Shown here one piece after another: positions 29,559 through 39,271 of a stretch of 64,000 bases of DNA. Positions within the stretch are counted from its first letter, which is position 1. Each line of letters starts with the position of its first letter. The position numbers and the translations under genes were made by a program. This stretch comes from an uncultured delta proteobacterium (GTDB taxonomy: Bacteria > Desulfobacterota > Desulfobacteria > Desulfobacterales > CAVQMW01): the NCBI GenBank assembly GCA_963713755.1, contig CAVQMW010000005.1:1064501-1128500 (forward strand), written 5' to 3'. The notes below the pieces were generated by a model. The model was not told the origin of the DNA. It saw nothing but the letters and a program-made list of their open reading frames with translations, and ran no database searches.

Positions 29559-31223
29559 TTAAGGTTTCCGTTTGGCACGCTCAGGGAAGCGCCCCTCAAG
29601 CCACGCCTCAGGGACAATGGAATCTTCCAGGTAAGCCGCCTGGGTTATTTTATTGGATTCCAAAATTCGGAGGTGGGCCGTTTCCACATCTGCGCGCTGA
29701 AGGATGATGGGCCGCCCGGTGTCGATGAATTGGATCTCCCAGTGGAGCGCAGGGTCGCTCAAGGCCCCATACAGATCCTCCAGGGTTCGAATCTCAACGC
29801 CGTTGACCGCTTTGACAATGGAGAACCGAAAATCCTGCAAATCGGTGTTGATGGGGTCCTGAAGAATCTGGCTCAGCACCACAACTTCCGGGCGTTCCAG
29901 GTAGATGCCGGCATCCAGAAAATGGCGGTAATGGAACCAGATATCCGGATTTTGGGTATTGGCCACCTTCATGAAATCGCTGGAGAGGGGCTGAAACACC
30001 AGCCCCGCGAAGATCACGTAGCGCGGCAGGCTGTCGTGGCGGCGGGCATGCATCAGATAGGGCCAGGGCCGATTGAGTTCAAGGGTCAGATCCTGGATCG
30101 CGTTGCCGCGCTGGATTTTCAGCTCCACCGAATCTCCGGCGAATTTGCGCTCCACCACTTCGTTTAGCAGCACCCGCTCGCCGTCCATCTGCACCCGGCC
30201 GTCGCTGAAGATGGGCAGGTCATCAATGGCCAGCAGGATATCGCCAACTTCAAGCACGCCCCCGGCCGCGCCGGCCGCTAAAACCCCGCTGACCACCACG
30301 CCGGTATCTTCTCCGCTGAGCCCCAGGGCCCGCCGGTGGGTGGCGTTGATCAAGGGAAACTGAAAAATACCCAAATCCACATAGTGGTCATAGCGGCCGT
30401 CCTCGATGTCGCTGAGGAAGCGCCGGATTACCGGGGTGGGAATCATATAGCCCACGTTCTGGGCTACACTGCCGCCATATCCCTGAAAGGCGACCCCCAC
30501 CACGGCGCCGTTCTGCACCACGGGACCGCCGCTGTTGCCGGGGTTGATGGCCGCGTCGATTTGAATGGCTAGATGGCTGTCGGCCGCCGAGTGAGAGTAG
30601 GTTTGATAATCGATGCGGGAGACCACGCCGCGGGTGATGGAGAGCCGGTTGCCGCCGATGGGGTAGCCCATCACCCGCACCGTGGAGTCCAGGGCCGGAA
30701 CCGCCCCCAGGGCGAGGGGCCGCATGCCCTCGGAAAAGCCGGCCTGAGAAACCGATAGCAGGGCCAGGTCGCAATCATGGGCGATAAATTTGACCTTGGC
30801 CTCGTAACGCCGGGCGTCGCCTTCCTTTTCCACGGTGAGCAGGCGGGCATTGCTGGCCACATGGGCGTTGGTCAGGATTAGATTGTCGGCAATCAGAAAG
30901 CCCGAACCGCTGCCTTGGACGATGCGCCCAGGGTTCCAGGGGGTGCGGTAATCGGGAATTTGGGCCACGGCATGAATGCGCACCACCCCCTGGCGCAGTT
31001 GGGGGATATTCTCCGCGGAGTATCCCCAGCCGGGTATCGCCAGCACTAGCAGCAGGCCCATGAGAATGAATCTCGTGGCGGATCCCCTACACCTGGGTCG
31101 GATGCCGCGAACCCCCCCGCGCGGGATCTCCAATGGATGATTCCCTGGGATGGGCGTGATGGTTGGCTTCTTCAATAGGGATCTCTCTGGCCGGCGGGTG
31201 AGGCTTAATCTATTAGATGGCAT
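29559..31223 (-). CDS. S1C (Deg/HtrA-type) trypsin-like serine protease with PDZ and a C-terminal extension
   Basis: Has the LILTNAHV (His), HDCDLALL (Asp) and NPGNSGGPVV (Ser) motifs. The start is uncertain, because the signal-like segment FILMGLLLVLAIPGWGYSAE lies about 50 codons into the ORF. Confidence 0.8.
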   Translation of the reverse strand: MPSNRLSLTRRPERSLLKKPTITPIPGNHPLEIPRGGVRGIRPRCRGSATRFILMGLLLVLAIPGWGYSAENIPQLRQGVVRIHAVAQIPDYRTPWNPGRIVQGSGSGFLIADNLILTNAHVASNARLLTVEKEGDARRYEAKVKFIAHDCDLALLSVSQAGFSEGMRPLALGAVPALDSTVRVMGYPIGGNRLSITRGVVSRIDYQTYSHSAADSHLAIQIDAAINPGNSGGPVVQNGAVVGVAFQGYGGSVAQNVGYMIPTPVIRRFLSDIEDGRYDHYVDLGIFQFPLINATHRRALGLSGEDTGVVVSGVLAAGAAGGVLEVGDILLAIDDLPIFSDGRVQMDGERVLLNEVVERKFAGDSVELKIQRGNAIQDLTLELNRPWPYLMHARRHDSLPRYVIFAGLVFQPLSSDFMKVANTQNPDIWFHYRHFLDAGIYLERPEVVVLSQILQDPINTDLQDFRFSIVKAVNGVEIRTLEDLYGALSDPALHWEIQFIDTGRPIILQRADVETAHLRILESNKITQAAYLEDSIVPEAWLEGRFPERAKRKP

Positions 31224-31565
31224 GGGTAGATGGCATGGGTAGATGGTTTGGGCATGGGCGCTAGAGGGAAAATTATGAATAAAAACAGGGCGTCAGGCTA
31301 ACATTCCGTCCGGGTTGACGTCAAGTCCAACGCTGTGAGCTAATCCAAACTAGTTAAGGTCGTTTGCGGGCATGTCAAACTAATGGTGGCGGCTGCGGCT
31401 GGGAAAAGAGACGGGCGATGTGGTATTATCTTTAAGGATGACATCGGTCGAGGAGCGGGGTTTGGCAGCAGGAGGTCAAGCTAAAGTTGGATGGTTGAGA
31501 TCGGCCCCGGGGTCAGGGCAATATTCGTGAAAGCAGCCGTTGACATTGGGGCGCTTGTTATTACC

Positions 31566-31595
31566 TTGAATTTAAATTACCTTTAGCTTTATTAT
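31566..31595 (+). promoter_or_regulatory. candidate clpB promoter (TTGAAT-N18-TATTAT)
   Basis: CCTTGAAT at 31564-31571 resembles both sigma70 and sigma32 -35 boxes. TATTAT lies at 31590-31595, about 32 nt upstream of the ATG at 31627. Confidence 0.3.
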
Positions 31596-31626
31596 ATAAA
31601 AAGTAATGTCATTCAGGGAGGAATGT

Positions 31627-34236
31627 ATGCGTTTGGACAAATTGACCATCAAATCCCAGGAGTTGCTGCAAAACGCCCAGAATGTGGCCGCGGAGCACAG
31701 GAACCCGCAGATCGAGCTCTTGCATATCCTGGCGGCCATGCTGGCCGACAGTGAGGGGCTGCCCCGGGCGCTACTGCGCAAAATGGGGGCCTCCCCGGGG
31801 AGTGTGGCCCAGGAGACCACCCTGGCTCTGGGCAAACTGCCCCAGGTGAGCGCCGCCGCCGAAGCCTACGCCAGCCCGGATTTGAGAGCGGTGCTGGACA
31901 AGGCCTTTAGCCAAGCCACCCAGATGAAGGACCAATACGTCAGCGTGGAGCATCTGCTCTTGGCGTTGGCTGATACCAAGGGCGACGCGGCAGCCGAGAT
32001 TTTAAAACGCAATGGAGTCACCCGGGACGCTATTCTCAAGGCCTTGCTGGAGGTGCGGGGTTCCCAGCAGATCACCGACCCCAACCCCGAGGAGAAATAC
32101 CAGGCTTTGGAGAAATTCGGCCGGGATCTCACCGATCTGGCCCAACTGGGCAAGCTCGACCCGGTTATTGGCCGGGACGAGGAGATTCGGCGCATCGTGC
32201 AGGTGCTTTCCCGCCGCACCAAGAACAACCCGGTGCTGATCGGCGAACCGGGGGTGGGCAAAACCGCCATTGTGGAGGGTCTGGCCCAGCGGATTGCCGC
32301 CGGCGATGTCTCGGAAACCCTTAAAAACCGGCGCTTGGTGGTGCTGGACATGGGCGCTTTGATCGCCGGAGCCAAGTACCGGGGGGAGTTCGAGGATCGC
32401 CTCAAGGCGGTGCTCAAAGAGGTGGAGAACGCCGAGGGGGAGATCATCCTCTTCATCGATGAGCTGCACACCCTGGTGGGAGCCGGCGCCAGCGAGGGCG
32501 CCCTGGACGCCTCCAACATGCTCAAGCCGGCCCTGGCCCGGGGCACCCTGCGCTGTGTGGGCGCCACGACCCTCAAAGAGTACCGCAAGTACATCGAAAA
32601 GGATGCCGCCCTGGAGCGCCGCTTTCAGCCGGTGCTGGTCAGCGAACCTTCGGTGGAGGACACCATTTCCATCCTGCGGGGGCTCAAGGAGAAATACGAG
32701 GTGCACCACGGGGTGCGCATCAAAGACGGCGCCCTGGTGGCCGCGGCGACCCTTTCCGAACGCTACATTGCCGACCGGTTCCTTCCGGACAAGGCCATCG
32801 ACCTGATGGACGAGTGCGCCTCCAAGCTGCGCATCGAGATCGACAGCATGCCCGCCGAAATCGACGAGGTGCAGCGCAAAATCCTGCAGGCCGAAATCGA
32901 ACGCGAAGCGCTTAAAAAAGAGAAGGATGAGGCTTCCCTGGCGCGGCTGGAAAAGCTGGAGCGCCGTTTGGCCGGCTGGCGGGAACAGATTGATGAGATG
33001 AAGGCCCACTGGCAGAATGAAAAGAACCTGATTCAGACCATCCGCGGCACCAAGGAACAAATCGAGCAGCTCGGGGTGGACGCCCAGCGCGCTGAGCGCG
33101 AAGGCAATCTGGCCCGGGTGGCTGAATTGCGCTACGGCAAGCTGCGGGAGCTGGAGGGCCGCTTAAAAGAGGCCAATACCCGGCTCGCCGAATTGCAAAA
33201 CGATCAGCAGATGCTCAAAGAAGAGGTGGATGAAGAGGACATCGCCGAGGTGGTTTCCCGCTGGACCGGAATTCCGGTAAGTAAGATGATGGAGAGCGAG
33301 CGCGAAAAGCTGATCACCATGGAAGATCGTCTGGCCCGGCGGGTGATCGGCCAGAAAGAGGCCATCGAGGCGGTCTCCAATGCCGTGCGGCGCTCCCGCT
33401 CCGGCCTACAGGATCCCCAACGGCCCATCGGTTCCTTTATTTTCATGGGTCCTACGGGGGTGGGCAAGACCGAATTGGCCAAGGCCCTGGCGGCCTTTAT
33501 CTTCGATGACGAGCAAGCCATGGTGCGGGTGGATATGTCCGAGTACATGGAGAAGCACGCCGTGGCGCGGCTCATCGGCGCCCCTCCGGGGTACGTGGGC
33601 TACGAGGAGGGGGGTTACCTCACGGAGGCCGTGCGCCGGCGGCCCTACTGCGTGGTGCTTTTCGACGAAATCGAAAAGGCCCATCCCGAGGTGTTCAACG
33701 TGCTGCTGCAGATTCTGGACGACGGCCGCATGACCGACGGCCAGGGCCGGACTGTGGATTTTACCAACTCGCTGATCATCATGACCTCCAACGTGGGTAG
33801 CCAATTTATCCAGGAGTTGGGCAGCGAGAACCGGGCGGAGCTGGAACGACGGGTCACCGAGGCGCTGCGGGCCGGTTTCAAGCCGGAGTTTCTGAACCGC
33901 ATCGACGAAACCATCATCTTCCACAGCCTTTCCGCCCATCAGATGGGAGATATTGTGGATATTCAGATGCAGCGCCTCTCCGCCCGATTGGCCTCCCGCA
34001 ATATTCAGCTGGCGCTCTCCGAGGAGGCGCGGCGCTTTTTGGCGCAGCAGGGCTACGATCCGGTCTTCGGCGCGCGACCCTTGAAGCGCGCCATTCAGCG
34101 CCTCATCGAAAACCCGCTTTCGGTGGAGATTCTGGCCGGCCGCGTGGCCGACGGCGCCCGCCTGCGGGTCGAGGTAAGCGCGGGCGCCCTCACCTTCACC
34201 CATCGCGACCCTTCGAGCGCTGGAGGTGACGGATAG
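31627..34236 (+). CDS. clpB: ATP-dependent chaperone ClpB
   Basis: Starts [15 protein letters not shown] with AGGGAGGA upstream. Two Walker A sites: [15 protein letters not shown] and [17 protein letters not shown]. It has a coiled-coil middle domain and is about 869 aa. Confidence 0.95.
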   Translation: MRLDKLTIKSQELLQNAQNVAAEHRNPQIELLHILAAMLADSEGLPRALLRKMGASPGSVAQETTLALGKLPQVSAAAEAYASPDLRAVLDKAFSQATQMKDQYVSVEHLLLALADTKGDAAAEILKRNGVTRDAILKALLEVRGSQQITDPNPEEKYQALEKFGRDLTDLAQLGKLDPVIGRDEEIRRIVQVLSRRTKNNPVLIGEPGVGKTAIVEGLAQRIAAGDVSETLKNRRLVVLDMGALIAGAKYRGEFEDRLKAVLKEVENAEGEIILFIDELHTLVGAGASEGALDASNMLKPALARGTLRCVGATTLKEYRKYIEKDAALERRFQPVLVSEPSVEDTISILRGLKEKYEVHHGVRIKDGALVAAATLSERYIADRFLPDKAIDLMDECASKLRIEIDSMPAEIDEVQRKILQAEIEREALKKEKDEASLARLEKLERRLAGWREQIDEMKAHWQNEKNLIQTIRGTKEQIEQLGVDAQRAEREGNLARVAELRYGKLRELEGRLKEANTRLAELQNDQQMLKEEVDEEDIAEVVSRWTGIPVSKMMESEREKLITMEDRLARRVIGQKEAIEAVSNAVRRSRSGLQDPQRPIGSFIFMGPTGVGKTELAKALAAFIFDDEQAMVRVDMSEYMEKHAVARLIGAPPGYVGYEEGGYLTEAVRRRPYCVVLFDEIEKAHPEVFNVLLQILDDGRMTDGQGRTVDFTNSLIIMTSNVGSQFIQELGSENRAELERRVTEALRAGFKPEFLNRIDETIIFHSLSAHQMGDIVDIQMQRLSARLASRNIQLALSEEARRFLAQQGYDPVFGARPLKRAIQRLIENPLSVEILAGRVADGARLRVEVSAGALTFTHRDPSSAGGDG

Positions 34237-34325
34237 GTTAGGTCCCGCAGTCCGCCCGGGTTTCGCTTCTATCCAAGATGAGGGTTTGCGAATAAATAAA
34301 TTCGCAGATTTGCAGCGTTCAGACG

Positions 34326-34396
34326 CCCGCTCAGCAAGGCGTGAAAACTAAAGAATATCAAGCATATTGTGTGTTTTCACAACGCCGCTGAGTGGG
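34326..34396. other. long imperfect hairpin in the clpB-nrnA-like intergenic region
   Basis: CCCGCTCAGCAAGGCGTGAAAAC (34326-48) pairs with GTTTTCACAACGCCGCTGAGTGGG (34373-96). The paired blocks are 8+3+6+4 bp around a 24-nt AT-rich loop. Confidence 0.35.
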
Positions 34397-34747
34397 ATGC
34401 ATGGGCGCTGAAAGCCTGCCCCGGTATGCTGTTTAGCCGGGGTGTGAAGTTATTTTTGAGCGAGCCCTAAGCCCCGGGCGGGCGCCTTTCCGGGCGGCCG
34501 GCAGCCGGGGCTTGGGTATAGGCCCGGCCCCCCCTGGATTGAAATAAGGTTGTAATCCTTGCGGACTCCGCGTAAAATCAGTAGCTCATGAAACATGACT
34601 CTAAAGGTCATTCGCCCAAAGGCGGGGTTCCCTAACTACCTGATAATGTTGGATCCTCATCTAAGAGGGGATGGGTTACCAAAGAACATTCCGGCGTTCT
34701 CGAAACCATTAAATTTGCATTTTGGGTGCATTTCATCGAGGCAAGCA

Positions 34748-35743
34748 ATGGCCCTTTCGGCAGTGGAAAAATTACGGCGCTTTTATGAACAGTTCGCCGG
34801 CGACGACCAGGTATTGATTGTGATCAATGCCGACCCCGACGCCCTGGCCAGCGCCCTAGCCGTCAAACGGCTGCTATGGCGCAAAACCGCCGGGGTAGCG
34901 ATCTCCAATATCAACACCATCAAACGGCCCGACAATCTGACCATGATTCAGCGTCTGGGGATTGCCCTGGAACCGGTGGGCGCCATTGAGCAGGCCGCCT
35001 ACAGCAAATTTGTGATGGTGGATTCCCAGCCCAGCCACAGCGAAGCATTTAAACCCTTTGACTTCCAGGTGGTGATCGATCACCACCCCCTGACTTGCCA
35101 GGATGCGGCCTTTCGGGATATCCGGCCCAAATACGGCGCCACGGCCACCATCCTGACCGAGTACCTGCGCGCCGCCAAAATCAAACCCTCGGCCAAGTTG
35201 GCCACCGGGCTCTTTTACGCCATTAAGACCGATACCAATAATTTTGAGCGTGAAACCCTCCTGGAGGATGTGCGCGCCTTCCAGTTTTTATACCGCCACG
35301 CCAACATCCACTTAGTCCGCAAGATTGAGCAGGCGGAGATTCGCCCCGATTTTCTCAAGTATTACAAAACCGCCATCGATGTGATGCGCCGCCCCAAAGG
35401 GCGCGCGTTTGCCCACTTGGGCTGGGTGGTCAGCCCGGATGTTCTGGTCCAGATCGCCGATTTTTGCCTTAAAATCAGCTCTGTGGACTGGAGTATCGTT
35501 TCCGGGATTCACGGCGGCAAGCTGGTGATTATCCTGCGCAATGACGGCTTGCGTAAAAACGCCGGCCTGACCGCATCCAACAGCTTCGGGGCTTTGGGGT
35601 CCGCCGGCGGCCATAAAAGCGCGGCCCGGGCCGAAATCGACGTGGCCAATTTACCCGAAGCCCTCGATCCCAAGGATGACCAGAGAGTTCAGCGCTGGAT
35701 CATTCGCCAAATGTCGCCGGCCGGGAAGCCTAAATCCAGTTAA
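34748..35743 (+). CDS. DHH-family phosphoesterase (NrnA-like)
   Basis: Has the INADPDALASA (DxD), MVDSQ and VIDHHP (DHH) motifs and a GGHKSAA (DHHA1 GGGH-like) motif. The start was moved to ATG 34748, with GAGG upstream. Confidence 0.8.
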   Translation: MALSAVEKLRRFYEQFAGDDQVLIVINADPDALASALAVKRLLWRKTAGVAISNINTIKRPDNLTMIQRLGIALEPVGAIEQAAYSKFVMVDSQPSHSEAFKPFDFQVVIDHHPLTCQDAAFRDIRPKYGATATILTEYLRAAKIKPSAKLATGLFYAIKTDTNNFERETLLEDVRAFQFLYRHANIHLVRKIEQAEIRPDFLKYYKTAIDVMRRPKGRAFAHLGWVVSPDVLVQIADFCLKISSVDWSIVSGIHGGKLVIILRNDGLRKNAGLTASNSFGALGSAGGHKSAARAEIDVANLPEALDPKDDQRVQRWIIRQMSPAGKPKSS

Positions 35744-35764
35744 TCCGAACCATTCGTATCTGTT

Positions 35765-36457
35765 ATGCGCTATTACCCTGTAAATTTGGATATATCGGGG
35801 CGCGCCTGCCTGGTGGTGGGGGGCGGTGCCGTGGCCACCCGCAAAGTGCTGCGGCTGCTGCAGTGCGGCGCCCGGGTCAGCGTGGTGAGTCCTGAATTCA
35901 CGCCGACCCTCGAGGAGCGCGCCAAAGGGGGCGAACTGGTGCTCCTGCGCCGGGGCTATCGATCCGAGGATCTGGCGGAGATGTTTCTGGTCATCGGGGC
36001 CACCAACGATGAAGCCCTCAACCGGCGCATCCACCGGGATGCCGAGGCCCGGGGGCAGTTGTGCAACATCGCCGACCGTCCCAAGGTGTGCAACTTTATC
36101 CTGCCCGCCATTGTCTCCCGGGGGGATTTGGTGCTGGCCATCTCCACGGCCGGCAAAAGCCCGGCTCTGGCCAAAAAGCTGCGCCGAGAGCTGGCGGACC
36201 AGATCGGACCCGAATATGGCCCCCTGCTGGACCTCATGGGCGCGGTGCGGCGCAAATTGCTGGCCCGCGAGCACGCCCCCGAAGAGCACAAACCGCTCTT
36301 TGAAGCCCTATTGAAAAGGGGACTGGCGGCGTTGGTGGCTCAGGGGGATATCGCCGCCATCGACGCCCTTCTGGCCGATGTGCTGGGACCCGGGTTTACC
36401 TGGGATGCCTTTATGCCGCCCTCTGGAGAGCCAGGCTCAGAGCCAACCCCGGAATAA
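35765..36457 (+). CDS. precorrin-2 dehydrogenase / sirohydrochlorin ferrochelatase (siroheme synthase N-terminal-domain type)
   Basis: MRYYPVNLDISGRACLVVGGGAVATRKV matches the CysG-N/SirC/Met8 family N-terminus. It sits in a heme-gene context. Confidence 0.8.
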   Translation: MRYYPVNLDISGRACLVVGGGAVATRKVLRLLQCGARVSVVSPEFTPTLEERAKGGELVLLRRGYRSEDLAEMFLVIGATNDEALNRRIHRDAEARGQLCNIADRPKVCNFILPAIVSRGDLVLAISTAGKSPALAKKLRRELADQIGPEYGPLLDLMGAVRRKLLAREHAPEEHKPLFEALLKRGLAALVAQGDIAAIDALLADVLGPGFTWDAFMPPSGEPGSEPTPE

Positions 36458-36484
36458 TCGTCCGAAATCCAAGTAAGATCTGGG

Positions 36485-37315
36485 ATGCCCGTTATGGAGA
36501 TTCTGGTCATCGTTGCCTGCGTGCTCTACCTGGTGAGCGCCGTCAGTTTCATGATCTATTTGTTCAGGGCCCGCGGCCTGTACCAACTCTGGGGCACCCG
36601 GCTGCTGGTGGCCGGATTCGCGGTGCACACCCTGGCCCTGGGGTTGGGCTTTGCCCAGGCGCGGCACATGCCGGTGCGCAACCTTTACGAAACCCTCTCC
36701 TTTGCCGCCTGGGCCTTGGCGGGTACCTTTCTGGTGATCCAAGTCAAGTTCAAGATCAAATTCCTGGGGGCCTGGGCCGCCCCCCTGGTGGCCCTGATTG
36801 TGGCCGTGGCCACCCAGATTCCCCGCCAGCCCGTGGTGGCCCAGCCGATATTCAACAGCTTCTGGGTGGTATTCCACATTGTCGCGGTCTTTGCCGGGGA
36901 GGCCGCCTTTGCCCTGGCCTGCGGCATCGGCATTCTCTACCTGCTCCAGGAAAACGCCATCAAATCCAAGAACCACGGTTATTTTTTCAAACGTTTGCCC
37001 TCCTTGGAACTGCTGGACTCGGCCGGTTACACCTGCCTGGTGACCGGCTTTTCCCTGCTGACCGTGGGCTTGATCACCGGGTTCATTTATGCCAAGGCGG
37101 TCTGGGGCCATTTTCTGAGCTGGGATCCCAAAGAGATCTGGTCAGGGATCACCTGGATCCTCTATGCGGCCTTGCTCCACCAGCGGCTGACCACCGGCTG
37201 GCGGGGGCGCAAGTCCGCGCTGATGGCCATTGTGGGCTTTGTGCTGGTGCTGTTTACCCTGTTTGGCGTCAACTTTTTACTCAAAGGGCATCACGGCCAG
37301 TTTACCCAATTTTAG
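36485..37315 (+). CDS. CcsA/HemX-like cytochrome c assembly (heme-handling) membrane protein
   Basis: Trp-rich WWD-type motif AVWGHFLSWDPKEIWSGITW. About 8 TM helices. It lies upstream of hemA, as in many hemA operons. Confidence 0.8.
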   Translation: MPVMEILVIVACVLYLVSAVSFMIYLFRARGLYQLWGTRLLVAGFAVHTLALGLGFAQARHMPVRNLYETLSFAAWALAGTFLVIQVKFKIKFLGAWAAPLVALIVAVATQIPRQPVVAQPIFNSFWVVFHIVAVFAGEAAFALACGIGILYLLQENAIKSKNHGYFFKRLPSLELLDSAGYTCLVTGFSLLTVGLITGFIYAKAVWGHFLSWDPKEIWSGITWILYAALLHQRLTTGWRGRKSALMAIVGFVLVLFTLFGVNFLLKGHHGQFTQF

Positions 37316-37344
37316 CGATTTAGTGCTCTATTTCGTAGGTTCGG

Positions 37345-37601
37345 TGACGTATTATTTCACCGCCCGCTTCGCTTGAGTCGCAAAGAACGCAGAGCAAATA
37401 ATAACTCTTTTGCTCTATGTGCGAGGGAAAAAGAAATAAACTCTCTGCGTTCTCAGCGTCTTTGCGGTGATTATGAGAGAATAATACGATTCCGTATTTA
37501 ACTTGAGAGTCCAAAGTTCTCCGTCATGCCGGACTTGATCCGGCATCCAGAGATTCCAATGTATTGGAATCTAAATGGATTCCCGCCTGCGCGGGAATGA
37601 C
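37345..37601. repeat. cluster of four distinct hairpin (REP-like) elements
   Basis: (i) A long imperfect inverted repeat, TCACCGC...AACGCAGAG against CTCTGCGTT...GCGGTGA (about 37357-37470). (ii) ATGCCGGA-cttga-TCCGGCAT (37526-46). (iii) GATTCCAAT-gt-ATTGGAATC (37552-71). (iv) ATTCCCGC-ctgc-GCGGGAAT (37578-97). Confidence 0.85.
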
Positions 37602-37729
37602 GAGTCGAACTAATCGATCCTAATAATTTCAATGCTTTAGAAGAACTATGGACTGACCAGTATTTAAGAAAACATGTATTTAGCGCCGGACGCGCCCGCC
37701 GGTTTGTGTGGCCCAGCGCCGGCGGACCT

Positions 37730-39013
37730 ATGTTACACCCTATGCTGGATATTGTACTCATCGGATTGAACCATAAAACCGCCCCTGTGGAGCTGCGGGA
37801 ATGCATCGCCCTGAATAGCGATGAAAGCCATCTGGCCCTGGACAGCTTCAAAGGCCATCCGGCCATCCGTGAGGTGGTGCTCTTTTCCACCTGCAACCGG
37901 GTTGAGATCCTCATGACCTCGCCGGACCCGCCGGCGGCCATATCCATGGCCAAGGCCTACCTGGCCGATTCCAAACAGATTCAATTGAGCCGGTTTGAAA
38001 AAAACCTCTACCAATACACCGGCGATGACGCCATCCGCCATCTCTTCCGGGTGGCGGCCAGCCTCGATTCCATGATGGTGGGGGAACCCCAGGTTCTGGG
38101 GCAGATCAAGGAGGCCTATTTGCAGGCCACCCGGGAGAAGACCACCGGGGTGATCCTCAACCGGCTGCTGCACCGCTCCTTTTTCGTGGCCAAGCGGGTG
38201 CGCTCGGAAACCGGCATCGGGGACCGGGCGGTCTCCATCAGCTATGCCGCCATCGAACTGGGGCGCCGGATTTTCGATACCCTGGAGGATAAAAAGGTGC
38301 TCCTGGTGGGCGCCGGAGAGATGGCCGAACTGGCCGTGGAGCACCTGATCCGGCGCCGCTGCGGCGAGATCTGGGTGGCCAACCGCACCTTCGAACGCGC
38401 CGTCAAACTGGCTGAAAAATTCAAAGGCAGCGCCGTGCGCTTTGAAAAAATTCCCCACAGCCTGCAGTTCGCCGACATCATCATCTCCTCCACCGGCGCA
38501 CCGGGCTACGTGATCGCGCCCGTCCATGTCAAGGGCATCATGCGCCAGCGCCGCAACCGGCCCCTGTTCTTCATCGACATCGCCGTGCCCCGGGACATCG
38601 ATCCCGAGCTCAATCGGCTGGCCAACGTCTATCTCTACGATATCGACGACCTGCAAGGCGTCATCGAAGACAATCTCGCCGGCCGCCGGCAGGAGGCCAG
38701 CAAGGGCGAGCAGATCGTCCAGGAAGCCGTGGAGAACTTCCGGGAGTGGTTCGCCAGTCTGGATGTGGTGCCCACCATCGTGGACCTGCGCAGCAAAATC
38801 GAGACCATTGCCGAGGCCGAAATCCAGCGCACCCTGGCTACTTCCCTGCAGCATCTCAGCGATCCCGAGCGCGACGCCATCCAGCGCATGAAACACGCCC
38901 TGGTCAACAAAATCCTCCACGATCCCACCCTCTTTCTCAAAAGCAACGGTTGCCGGGGAGATAAATCGGTCTACCTCGATACCGCCCGCAAGCTGTTCAA
39001 GCTGGACGCCTGA
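37730..39013 (+). CDS. hemA: glutamyl-tRNA reductase
   Basis: Has IVLIGLNHKTAPVELRE, the active-site region STCNRVEI, and the NADPH site LLVGAGEMAEL. The start could be 37730 or 37742. Confidence 0.93.
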   Translation: MLHPMLDIVLIGLNHKTAPVELRECIALNSDESHLALDSFKGHPAIREVVLFSTCNRVEILMTSPDPPAAISMAKAYLADSKQIQLSRFEKNLYQYTGDDAIRHLFRVAASLDSMMVGEPQVLGQIKEAYLQATREKTTGVILNRLLHRSFFVAKRVRSETGIGDRAVSISYAAIELGRRIFDTLEDKKVLLVGAGEMAELAVEHLIRRRCGEIWVANRTFERAVKLAEKFKGSAVRFEKIPHSLQFADIIISSTGAPGYVIAPVHVKGIMRQRRNRPLFFIDIAVPRDIDPELNRLANVYLYDIDDLQGVIEDNLAGRRQEASKGEQIVQEAVENFREWFASLDVVPTIVDLRSKIETIAEAEIQRTLATSLQHLSDPERDAIQRMKHALVNKILHDPTLFLKSNGCRGDKSVYLDTARKLFKLDA

Positions 39014-39271
39014 TCAACTTTCCTATCCTTTTGCTTTGGTCCTGAATTGACTTGCGACCGGGGGAGTGCCATGAAGGGTCATCGGCGATGATTGCGCAAG
39101 GGGATACAGGGACACGCCATCTATCTCTTTTTCGATATGGCGTGAACGCGCCAATACGATTTTCTGGTGTGACAACACCTCCTACCACCAGACACGTCGC
39201 ACCATTCAAGACTTGATTCCCAATCTGTGACCCCCAATCTGCATAATTCACGAAGGAGATAAGGAACTGCC

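Noticed and set aside
31217-31245. Short direct repeat ATGGCATGGGTAG x2 upstream of the protease gene.
   Set aside because: It is only two 13-nt copies overlapping the annotated ORF start. The start of that gene is uncertain, and no functional inference is possible.
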